Of a stretch of 20,000 nt of DNA, positions 1 to 8,070 are shown in pieces. Every line of letters begins with the position of its first letter. Position 1 is the first letter of the stretch. Location: the IMG/VR virus record IMGVR_UViG_3300038825_001787; one strand, written 5' to 3'. The notes beneath the pieces were generated by a model that made no database searches, had not been told where the DNA came from, and saw only the letters and a list, made by a program, of their open reading frames with translations. The DNA comes from an uncultured virus (IMG/VR IMGVR_UViG_3300038825_001787). Its lineage: Duplodnaviria; Heunggongvirae; Uroviricota; Caudoviricetes. Made by a program: the position numbers and the translations under genes.

Positions 1-20
1 ATAGAAGAACTATTGAAGAG

Positions 21-1607
21 ATGCTCGCACGCGACGATTTTAGCACCAAAGAACTAAACAACAGTTTGTTTTTGACTAAAAGAAATGCTTGCGGCAAAAT
101 ACCATATGCCGATGGAACAGAAGCATATGACATCATAGAGTTACTACACTTGGAAAAATTCAAAGACCGAGTCCACTACAATTTACCGGTGGAACGTTTC
201 GATGAATTTATACCCATGTATGAATCTTTTTTCTTAACGAAAACAGAGTCACCATGGGTAAGAACACGACAAAGCCCAGAAATGGGGTATGAAGGCCGTT
301 GCACCATTGGTGCCGGCATTTATTACTGTCGTACCAATTATGAAATACACGAAGATGAAAACTACAATTACATCGTATCAACGTTTGACATATACACAAA
401 TAATTTATTTGACAATGCTGTTGAACTATACAATGGTGTAACACCTGCTTATTATTATAGGGGCACAGAGCCTCGACATATAGAAGCAGATACTGGACTA
501 TCCAGATTTTACGAGTTGTTAAAAACAGCGCCACAGAATACAGGCTCAACAGGCTCAACCCGCCAAGTAGTCAGGCACAACCTAACCAACTTGGAACGGT
601 TGTGGCAATGGAAAAGTGAACATCGCCTACCAGAAGTGAGGCGACATGCTATGGATACAAGTCGAGATAACATATCAGTTACCAGAAATGGACTGACTGC
701 TTGTGTTGCGATTCGTAAGGGGTTCAACCCCGCCCCAGGAGATCCAACGGCAGAAGCCGATAGGTCTTTGGGGGACTACGAGTTGACTAAAAGGTGGTTT
801 GGCAAGTCGACGGCAACTGAAAGGTTGCTATCAATGCGAAAGCGTCCCGTGTATTTAAATGAAACAAGAATAGTAACTACTACTAATTCTTTAACTAAGA
901 AAAAAAGTGACAAAATGTTTCAAGGCATTTTGGCACGGCAGCCCTCTGCTAATGGGATTGCCGACAACCCTTTTGCTTTTGCTCAGATCTTTACTACAAA
1001 CAGTAATGAACAGAGCGGGCAAGAACTACTTCGTTTGTTGAAAAACAGACTAAGTCCAAAGAATTACCCTGAAACCCAAAAAAAGGTCCTGTTGAAAGCC
1101 GGGGCCTTTGTAGGCAACAATCCGCCTGGTACGGATATAATAAGGATAGACCATGTTTTAACAAGCGCCATTTCTCTAGTAAGAAAAGGTGACTGTAATG
1201 AAAGAATTGGTGGACGCAACTTATATGACTTTTGTCGATTGAACGATGCAGAAGGAGTGTTTGAATTAACTCTCCCAAACAATGCAACACTACGACTAGA
1301 CAAGAAAGTGGCTACACTAGACAATGGTATATACAAAGTTTGTGTCACAGAAGACGTGACCGATATTATACAATATCTATCTACAATAAGGACTGCATTC
1401 GGCAGCGTAACTGTCGAAATAAAAAAGGGAAGACTAAACCTAGAAACAGGCTCAGTGAACGAAGTCCGTCGAAAAAGACGCGCTAGAATCATGAGTCCTT
1501 CTACTAACACAACTCCTACTTCGAGAAGAACAAGGTATGGAAGATTTAGACTAGGAAGTGCTTTTGGACTTTTAGGAAAAGAAAATAAAACGGATGAAAA
1601 TGAATAA
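21..1607 (+). CDS. Hypothetical protein, probably 5'-truncated by the window edge
   Basis: 528-aa ORF. The frame is open back to position 3. The stop lies in the junction hairpin at 1588-1614. No family recognised. Confidence 0.75.
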   Translation: MLARDDFSTKELNNSLFLTKRNACGKIPYADGTEAYDIIELLHLEKFKDRVHYNLPVERFDEFIPMYESFFLTKTESPWVRTRQSPEMGYEGRCTIGAGIYYCRTNYEIHEDENYNYIVSTFDIYTNNLFDNAVELYNGVTPAYYYRGTEPRHIEADTGLSRFYELLKTAPQNTGSTGSTRQVVRHNLTNLERLWQWKSEHRLPEVRRHAMDTSRDNISVTRNGLTACVAIRKGFNPAPGDPTAEADRSLGDYELTKRWFGKSTATERLLSMRKRPVYLNETRIVTTTNSLTKKKSDKMFQGILARQPSANGIADNPFAFAQIFTTNSNEQSGQELLRLLKNRLSPKNYPETQKKVLLKAGAFVGNNPPGTDIIRIDHVLTSAISLVRKGDCNERIGGRNLYDFCRLNDAEGVFELTLPNNATLRLDKKVATLDNGIYKVCVTEDVTDIIQYLSTIRTAFGSVTVEIKKGRLNLETGSVNEVRRKRRARIMSPSTNTTPTSRRTRYGRFRLGSAFGLLGKENKTDENE

Positions 1608-1619
1608 TCCGTTTACTAG

Positions 1620-2138
1620 ATGAAATATATTTGTAAAATATGTGATTTGGAATTCACGACAGAGGCAGCAGAAAAACTGCATAACTCTGTTTTTCACAAA
1701 AAGAAAGCCAAAGTAAAGACACCGAAAAAACCACCAAAGAAGGATAAACTCCTGGCAACTGATGCTAGGAAAGGATACCTTTCTCGTGGCGGTGAAAATA
1801 CCAAAGTATTCTTGCCCGATGGAAAGTCTACTAAATATAAAGACTACATCAAAGGAATGCGAGACGGCTTTCCTGACTTCAAAGTCGGCGATAAAATCGC
1901 TGCGAAAGAAGTTAGAAATTTGTTTAAGCACGATATATATAATACAAAAGATATCAAAGGTGCTAAACTGGAAGTTAAAAGAATTGTCAAAAATAAGAAT
2001 GGTATTAGAAGATACTATTTGGAGAACAGCAAAGTGCGATTGACGTGGTCCGAAGGGGTCGCTTTCAAGAGTCATGCTGAAAGAAAAATGCGTGACAAGC
2101 ATATTATACTTCCAATTAATTTGTTTCACAAAAAGTGA
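1620..2138 (+). CDS. Basic protein with N-terminal C2H2-type zinc finger
   Basis: CKIC-x11-H-x4-H at the N-terminus. ATG directly follows ACTAG. Confidence 0.8.
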   Translation: MKYICKICDLEFTTEAAEKLHNSVFHKKKAKVKTPKKPPKKDKLLATDARKGYLSRGGENTKVFLPDGKSTKYKDYIKGMRDGFPDFKVGDKIAAKEVRNLFKHDIYNTKDIKGAKLEVKRIVKNKNGIRRYYLENSKVRLTWSEGVAFKSHAERKMRDKHIILPINLFHKK

Positions 2139-2147
2139 AACTACTAG

Positions 2148-2225
2148 ATGAGTTCGGAAGATAACCCCATGCGGGCCTTCCCATTAAGTAAGAACAATGA
2201 TATCAGGAATTTTGAGTGTGGTTAG
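2148..2225 (+). CDS. Putative 25-aa peptide (MSSEDNPMRAFPLSKNNDIRNFECG)
   Basis: Not in the ORF track. ATG follows hairpin GTTTCAC/GTGAAAC + tACTAG, and the stop lies in the next junction hairpin. Confidence 0.5.
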   Translation: MSSEDNPMRAFPLSKNNDIRNFECG

Positions 2226-2245
2226 AATATAACCACATTCATCAG

Positions 2246-2440
2246 ATGAGTAAAATAGAAGATGACGTATGTCAACAAATACAAGACCGTGCCAAAGTGG
2301 GGCTAAACAAATATGGAACCACTATGGAGCGTACTGACCTTTCTACAATAGACTGGTTGGAACACGCCAAACAAGAAGCAATGGATCTTGTCATATACTT
2401 AGAGCGTATCATACAAGATATGCGTGAGAAGGAAGAATGA
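2246..2440 (+). CDS. Conserved phage-type small helical protein (KYGTT...W..HA.QEAMD motif; possibly all-alpha NTP-pyrophosphatase-like)
   Basis: Motif recalled from phage hypothetical proteins. Start moved to ATG 2246, which follows an 11-bp hairpin + ATCAG. Confidence 0.75.
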   Translation: MSKIEDDVCQQIQDRAKVGLNKYGTTMERTDLSTIDWLEHAKQEAMDLVIYLERIIQDMREKEE

Positions 2441-2455
2441 ATCTTCCATTACTAG

Positions 2456-2737
2456 ATGGAAATCAAAATTAAAATGGAACCCGAAGACATACCAAAAATA
2501 TTGAAGGGGATTGGAAACGTCGAACAACCGGCAGAGTCTGTTGTTGAGAAACGTGCCAAAAGGGCCGACATTGGACAAAACAGAGTCCCCTGGTCGAAAA
2601 GAGAGAAGGCTTGGCTGAAAAAGCAGGCAAGACCAACCATTGATAACGGTCATCATCGGCAAGAATTGAAAGAAATGTTTGGCAATATCCGAACAGCGAA
2701 GTCAATAGATGCTTGTTGGAGAAGACTTACCAATTGA
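2456..2737 (+). CDS. Putative Myb/SANT-like HTH DNA-binding protein
   Basis: PWSKREKAWL...FGNIRTAKSIDACWRRL resembles a Myb repeat. Motif-linked start. Confidence 0.7.
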   Translation: MEIKIKMEPEDIPKILKGIGNVEQPAESVVEKRAKRADIGQNRVPWSKREKAWLKKQARPTIDNGHHRQELKEMFGNIRTAKSIDACWRRLTN

Positions 2738-2790
2738 TTGAGCATAACATAGTAAGATTAATTACTAACTATGTTTCCTCAATTTACTAG

Positions 2791-2991
2791 ATGACACTGA
2801 TGCCAAAGCAAAGTGAGAACCTGGGACTAGAAATCTCAGAGCCTATATACAGGCTGGCAACAAGCATATACGAAAAGCACAATTCCAAGGTCTTAGCAGG
2901 CAGTGGAAAATGGATGCCCACAAACGTAGCGGTTGACTTGGCAAAAAAAATGCTAAGTGAAACGAATGCTAGTCGGTCTAATACTAGATGA
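2791..2991 (+). CDS. Hypothetical protein
   Basis: 66-aa ORF with motif-linked ATG. Its stop overlaps the next ATG (ATGA). Confidence 0.6.
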   Translation: MTLMPKQSENLGLEISEPIYRLATSIYEKHNSKVLAGSGKWMPTNVAVDLAKKMLSETNASRSNTR

Positions 2992-4220
2992 GTAATATAA
3001 ACGAAAATCAAGGATACGCAGTTGAAGGAAGATTGAAAGAAACAGCCAAAGGGTATTTAGCCCTCTGGTCAATTAATGCAGGTAGGATGAGATATTCCGA
3101 CCTTGTTACTGTTGCTAAGCGCAATGGTTTAACACAGGGTCAGATACCGAAACTACGAACCGCAAAGAATGCTTTTGCAGTTGCAAAGGATACTATACTT
3201 AACTCCGCATTACCAACACTCTTAGAATTAGATGGTTGGGATGGAGCGGTCAAACAAAGTTTAGATGTTAAACATCTAAAAAGAGGAAATGAATACCAAG
3301 TCTCGGTTAGACGAGAAGGTAGAATGCATGGGAAGTTGCACAAGGAAAGTTCTCCAGTCTTTAGACTGGAATTCTCTCCTCCAGATGCCTTTGACCATGT
3401 TGCATGGGTACAAAACTACATGCGCTCTTTTTGGGATGCTGAATACATCAAAGAAATTGAAGCAGGTACTAAACAAAGACCTGTACCTAGTCAAACTAGG
3501 GTTTGTATACGTATAGAAGGCTATTGGGATGACAGCGATATTGACGTCGAGTTGATGTTGAGAGTCAGAGACCGAATAAGCCAAGCATTTGAAGATACTA
3601 TTGTTAGTATTGACGAAACGCTTTTGCGACAACACATTAAAGAGACATTGAAATCTTTAAACGGTATTAGTTTCCTTGCAGGCAAGGGGGCTACATATAT
3701 TCCCATTACAGACGAGGACAGAGATTCAAAATCTGCGTCTTTGGAGTCTATGGCTAATATTATCACCTCTTTTTCTAGAGGATACCAAACAACCGCAAAC
3801 GATGAAAACTACTATGACGAGAATGGCAAACCCATCAATCGTTATGGAACATCAAGTAATTTTAGATATCTAGGATACCTAGATAGCGAAAGAGAGATGC
3901 AGTACATAAGAGAAGATTTGGGTTCCAGTATTTCGAGAGAAATAGCGGAGTTCCAAGCAGAAGTCGTTAAGACTGCTGCCTCTTTTGATACAACTAAAGT
4001 CGAACTTTTCGAGAAGCAACTTACCAAATTGCAGAGAAAGAAAACTAATATTACTAAAAGAATCGGCAATATGCGCACAACATTGGGCGGAGAGATTCCT
4101 ATTCGTAGGAGACTCCATTCTGATGTTCAGCAAAGATTTGGTAGCCGAATCTCAAACATAACTCAGACCCACAATGCAGTTAGTACTACATTGATGAAGT
4201 TAACTGAGTTTGACAATTGA
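2988..4220 (+). CDS. Hypothetical protein, resembles DUF6744-like family, with C-terminal coiled coil
   Basis: 410-aa ORF. Patterns GYLALWS...GL...IP...AF and GISF..G.GATYIP were recalled from that family and not verified by search. Confidence 0.75.
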   Translation: MSNINENQGYAVEGRLKETAKGYLALWSINAGRMRYSDLVTVAKRNGLTQGQIPKLRTAKNAFAVAKDTILNSALPTLLELDGWDGAVKQSLDVKHLKRGNEYQVSVRREGRMHGKLHKESSPVFRLEFSPPDAFDHVAWVQNYMRSFWDAEYIKEIEAGTKQRPVPSQTRVCIRIEGYWDDSDIDVELMLRVRDRISQAFEDTIVSIDETLLRQHIKETLKSLNGISFLAGKGATYIPITDEDRDSKSASLESMANIITSFSRGYQTTANDENYYDENGKPINRYGTSSNFRYLGYLDSEREMQYIREDLGSSISREIAEFQAEVVKTAASFDTTKVELFEKQLTKLQRKKTNITKRIGNMRTTLGGEIPIRRRLHSDVQQRFGSRISNITQTHNAVSTTLMKLTEFDN

Positions 4221-4238
4221 GGCTAATGCCTCTTACTA

Positions 4239-4954
4239 GAAAGTAAATACAACTGATGCCCTTCGGGGCAAATGACGTATCGCCGAAAATTCCGGTAGAG
4301 CACGCTCTACAGGAACGGCTCATCCTCCGGAACTGCTTCAGGCTGCTGCGCAGACTACTGCGTATCTGAAGCCTTTACCCTAACATCCCTATCACCTTGC
4401 GGCTCCGCTGCGGTGAAACGGAATGTAAACGGGCACGCCTAAACTACAGTTTCCTCGAGCGAGTAAACTGGTTTAACGGCTAATCCTACGGAATAACAAT
4501 CAGGATTTAGTCCTGATAGTATGAGCCTATTTACCGCCTCTACCCTCATTGGGGTAACCCAATTAACCTTCTAAAGAAGGGAGGGCGAGAGGCTTCGGCT
4601 CCTCGGAACTACTACGGCACGAACCAAGATTGAGTTAATCAGTCAAGAGAAATATAAGTACCCGCGTACTGACATTTCACATGACTTACTCAATTTTCAT
4701 GACTTACCCTATGTAGAAACATAGATTTGAACAACTTGAGGCGGCTCTGCGCTGCCCTAAAGGGACATCAAATCTCTGCGTCTACCCCTAGTAAGTCACG
4801 AAAGTTCATACCTTGAGCCACGGTGGAATCCAGAAACAAGTCTTCTGGATTCTGCCCTGCAACTGTATGCTCTGCGGAACCCCGCATACAACGTTGCGGC
4901 TTGGCTCAACCGGTTCATCGCCAAGTTCCTCGGAAAATAGTTTTACTTTCACTA
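4239..4954 (+). ncRNA. Candidate large structured RNA, about 715 nt, family unassigned
   Basis: Bounded by ACTAG sites. No credible ORF. Dense hairpins, including TGCCC-TTCG-GGGCA at 4257-4270. Ends pair: GAAAGTAAA 4239-4247 with TTTACTTTC 4942-4950. Confidence 0.65.
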
Positions 4955-4983
4955 GAGCCTCGAAAGAGGAAGAGTTGATTGAC

Positions 4984-5376
4984 ATGATTGAAGAAAGAAA
5001 CAACATAGTTGACCAAGCAATTACTGATGTAGCACCCGCTACACCAATTGCTGAGCAACCCAAGAAAACAAAAATGGCGCCCATAACGAATGAAATATTT
5101 ATTCGTATGTGGAACCAATCTGAATATGTCAATGATGCAGCAGAGGCGATGGGTATGAACCCCGCTTCTGCAAGAGCAAGGGCCGCAAAACTGAGGGCTA
5201 TATTTGCGAAAGCAGGTGTAGAAATACAGTTGAAGAAACACCCTAAAGCACCAAGAAAGCAAAAGAAGTCGTTGGTCAATGACCTAGACGAACTTGAAAG
5301 ACTTGCTGCGATTGCTAAAGCATCATTACCATCAGAGCCAGCAACACAAAGTGCACCATCAGAGCAATCTGAATGA
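4984..5376 (+). CDS. Putative HTH-like nucleic-acid-binding protein, 130 aa
   Basis: Start moved to ATG 4984, which lies downstream of ACTAG 4951 and a purine-rich leader. FIRMWNQSEYVNDAAEAMGMNPASARARAAKLR is HTH-like and is followed by a basic patch. Confidence 0.7.
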   Translation: MIEERNNIVDQAITDVAPATPIAEQPKKTKMAPITNEIFIRMWNQSEYVNDAAEAMGMNPASARARAAKLRAIFAKAGVEIQLKKHPKAPRKQKKSLVNDLDELERLAAIAKASLPSEPATQSAPSEQSE

Positions 5377-5394
5377 AACACTTGTGTTCTACTA

Positions 5395-5949
5395 GAGAGA
5401 ACTAAAACACCGATGCCGAACAAGCATGTGACGTAAATTAGTAAATTAGAGATTACACATAGCAAGGAAGTCAAACTGATTTTCTGCTAAATCTAAATCT
5501 GCATGGTGATCCAAGCAAGTAATCACGAATGGAATAAATCCACTCGCTGATTTGTATAGGGCAGTTGCCCTACTCAAATCTTACCTGCCCAGGGTCACCA
5601 GCACAATTAGAATAAAGAATTCACATTCGTGAATTAAACTACCACCACATTAGAACGGTAGTCTGCCTTAGAATTAATTTTTTAACATCCGCAACTGGAA
5701 ACGTTCCGCGTGTCTTCACATTCACCTTTACAAAGTAAAGGCCGCACAATACTGTGCCACCAACAGTGAGGTAAAATCCTCACAACATTGGTTGAATGTT
5801 CCAAACACAGCGTCCGAGTTCCAATGCGGAACACCAAAAATCAATAAAAGTTAAACACTAAAACTAGGCAGCATTAAACTGCCAAAGTAAAGCGGCTTAT
5901 ATAAGCCCAATAGTAAAACTTGAAACACTAAAAACTAGAACTCTCACTA
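5395..5949 (+). ncRNA. Candidate large structured RNA, about 555 nt, family unassigned
   Basis: Bounded by ACTAG sites. No + strand ORF of 60 aa or more. Many hairpins joined by A-rich linkers. Ends pair: GAGAG 5395-5399 with CTCTC 5941-5945. Confidence 0.6.
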
Positions 5950-6025
5950 GATAGACCACCATATTTTATATTCATCACCATGAAAAAATAATGGTTTATA
6001 TGACAATCGGGAAAGACCGGTACCA
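5950..6025 (+). ncRNA. Possible 76-nt small RNA ending in hairpin-ACCA (not a cloverleaf tRNA)
   Basis: Lies between ACTAG 5946 and ACCAG 6022. Long interrupted hairpin (TAGACCA/TGGTTTA) plus ATCGG-gaaaga-CCGGT. Confidence 0.3.
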
Positions 6026-6026
6026 G

Positions 6027-6098
6027 ATGAACAAAACTAAACCACTACAACAACTCAATGCTGATTTCCTAAAAAAAGATTGGACGTATGAAAAATGA
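6027..6098 (+). CDS. Putative 23-aa peptide (MNKTKPLQQLNADFLKKDWTYEK)
   Basis: ATG directly follows hairpin + ACCAG variant. Confidence 0.35.
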   Translation: MNKTKPLQQLNADFLKKDWTYEK

Positions 6099-6110
6099 CG
6101 CTTTTAATTT

Positions 6111-6281
6111 ATGGACGCATGGATTAAAAATGAAAGTATACTTGTTGGAAAAGGCGACAGGGGTAAAACCCGGCTCTGTGGTCACAAGTTTTGCGTCGGA
6201 CACCATGAAAGAATGGAACACTATGCTGTGGGCCCGAGCGGTGACAGTCATATTGTTAAAAGGGGTGAGATTCCCCACTAG
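6111..6281 (+). CDS. Putative 56-aa Cys/His-containing protein (alternative frame: ORF 6088-6285)
   Basis: MDAWIKNESILVGKGDRGKTRLCGHKFCVGHHERMEH... ends on the TAG of the ACTAG site. The coding frame is ambiguous. Confidence 0.3.
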   Translation: MDAWIKNESILVGKGDRGKTRLCGHKFCVGHHERMEHYAVGPSGDSHIVKRGEIPH

Positions 6282-7514
6282 ATGAATATCAAATGGAAGA
6301 CAGAAGAGACGCGTTGTATCCATAAAGACCCACGGGACTTTAGCAGATGCAAAATTAAAGACGTTAAACCTGGAGAATACTTATGTGAACACCATAAGTA
6401 CGATCTCGCATCATTTGTAAATGACCCAACAGCCTGTATTGATATTATGGCTGAAAGGTTTCCAAAAAGACATCATCCTGCCTGTGACCGCAAAGGAGAA
6501 AATGACTGCGAATGTCATGACTACTCTAGAGGCGCAAGTATGATGATTACCATGAAGGCTGCTTTCAAAGAAAGCAAACTTCAGAGTAAACTATACCAAA
6601 AACACTTGAAAGTAACGATGGCTGATAAAGTCCGTCGAATCAAGAACTATTATAGGAATATAACAGAGGATGATATATATCTACCTCCCTATAGTAATTT
6701 TAGACAGTATAGATTTTTCACATGGGAACCAAAGAGTCAGAGAATCGTTGTCAAAGTATTGAAAGATAATGTAAGGACAAAGAAAATTCTGCTCAGTCAT
6801 CTACGAAGACTGGCACCTATACACGTGTATTACACAACAGGTCAATGGCTAAATCCGCAAGGAATTGGTCCTGACCCTGAATCACGTAAAGGTTTAGCCA
6901 AGATGCGAAAGAAAGGTTGGTGCGCTAAAAAAAGTAAGAAAGTTACTTTGAAGCGATACCATAACACCATGTTGAAACGAGATTTATATTTCGATATAGA
7001 TTACGACAACAAAGACTATCATCAAGGAATAAGGATGGCCGACGAACTAATACATGCAATAAATAAACACATTCATTGTTATCAGTTCAACGGCGTAAAA
7101 CAACAAATCGTATTTAGTGGAGGCAAAGGCTTCCACTTGATAATAAACGGATACTATGACGAAGCGTTTACTAGACCTAGTAAGCGTAAATTGTACGACC
7201 TATTGAGAAGAGAGGCTATAAAAAAAGGCGAAGATAAAAACGCCGCTTTCTTACGCTACTCTGTCAACCACGAAAACAAAAATGCAGCGATTGAAAACCA
7301 CTACAAAGACATAGTGGATATTCTGCAATACGAAACAGACCTTTTGTTAGATTGGATGGTTACATATGATAACCGTAGAATAATACGATTGCCTGGAAGC
7401 GTGCATGGAAAGTCCATGCGTGTTTGTAAGGAAATTAATTTTAGTGACGATAATGTTATTAAAAACCGTGCTGGAAAACCCGTTGGGTATGTTCCAGCAG
7501 ACCCCATTCCTTGA
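6282..7514 (+). CDS. priS: Archaeo-eukaryotic primase catalytic subunit (PriS-like) with Cys/His-rich N-terminal extension
   Basis: AEP motifs DLYFDIDYD, VFSGGKGFHL and DWMVTYDNRRIIRLPGSVHGKS, plus APIHVYYT resembling PriS P.HVYYS. Confidence 0.88.
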   Translation: MNIKWKTEETRCIHKDPRDFSRCKIKDVKPGEYLCEHHKYDLASFVNDPTACIDIMAERFPKRHHPACDRKGENDCECHDYSRGASMMITMKAAFKESKLQSKLYQKHLKVTMADKVRRIKNYYRNITEDDIYLPPYSNFRQYRFFTWEPKSQRIVVKVLKDNVRTKKILLSHLRRLAPIHVYYTTGQWLNPQGIGPDPESRKGLAKMRKKGWCAKKSKKVTLKRYHNTMLKRDLYFDIDYDNKDYHQGIRMADELIHAINKHIHCYQFNGVKQQIVFSGGKGFHLIINGYYDEAFTRPSKRKLYDLLRREAIKKGEDKNAAFLRYSVNHENKNAAIENHYKDIVDILQYETDLLLDWMVTYDNRRIIRLPGSVHGKSMRVCKEINFSDDNVIKNRAGKPVGYVPADPIP

Positions 7515-7523
7515 GGTTACTAG

Positions 7524-8060
7524 ATGACAAATGAAATTGAATTTTATGTTGATGGCTCTGCCATCAATAATGAGAATCCAAATGTACGAACTCTTGGAGG
7601 TATAGGTGTTTACAGACGCACTAACTCAGAGAACGGTATTAATATTTTAACTGCCCGACCAGATCAAGAATGGGCAATAAATGTTGATGACGGTGGCGTA
7701 GCGTTGAGGCGTGAAATCCCATTAGATTTGGGAAAAGTAACAAACAATACTACCGAACTGGCTGCAATATACTATGTTCTTCTGATAATAAAACTGAACC
7801 ATAAATATGACAATTGCATAATATACGGAGACTCGCAATACGCGGGTAACTTAGTATTTGGAAACTGGAAAGCAAAACAAAACAAGGAACTAGTTGCTAA
7901 GGTTAAAGCCCTGGCAAAAACAGTTCCTAATGTCACATGGGAATATGTGAAAGCACACGATGGCAATGTCTACAATGAATATGCAGACTACCTTGCCAAA
8001 TCTGGTGCATACAACAGAACCCCACTACCATTCGATGAATGGAAAGAAACGGAATTTTAA
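7524..8060 (+). CDS. rnhA: Ribonuclease HI
   Basis: FYVDGSA, TNNTTELAAI, IYGDSQYA and VKAHDGNVYNEYADYLAK supply the D-E-D-H-D catalytic set. Confidence 0.93.
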   Translation: MTNEIEFYVDGSAINNENPNVRTLGGIGVYRRTNSENGINILTARPDQEWAINVDDGGVALRREIPLDLGKVTNNTTELAAIYYVLLIIKLNHKYDNCIIYGDSQYAGNLVFGNWKAKQNKELVAKVKALAKTVPNVTWEYVKAHDGNVYNEYADYLAKSGAYNRTPLPFDEWKETEF

Positions 8061-8070
8061 TTCCTACTAG

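Noticed and set aside
1617..1622. TAG-ATG as simple stop-start translational coupling
   Set aside because: The TAG is almost never the stop of the upstream ORF, which usually ends earlier in the hairpin. The motif also precedes non-coding units.
2763..2793. TACTAAC...TAG-ATG resembles a spliceosomal branch point and 3' splice or trans-splice acceptor
   Set aside because: The branch point and pyrimidine tract are missing at most sites, no cis-introns are evident, and SD-like signals suggest a prokaryotic host. Not formally excluded, since all variants end in YAG.
4253..4272. CTGAT-stem-AAA resembles a hammerhead ribozyme core
   Set aside because: It lacks the required CUGANGA and GAAA nucleotides.
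4813..4983. N-terminal extension of ORF 4813-5376, and the antisense 222-aa ORF 4806-5474
   Set aside because: The extension starts at TTG, crosses a junction and overlaps structured RNA. The antisense ORF shadows the + strand gene.
5950..6025. tRNA gene (76 nt, ends in ACCA)
   Set aside because: No 7-bp acceptor stem with the 5' end, no D-loop GG and no TTCRA T-loop.
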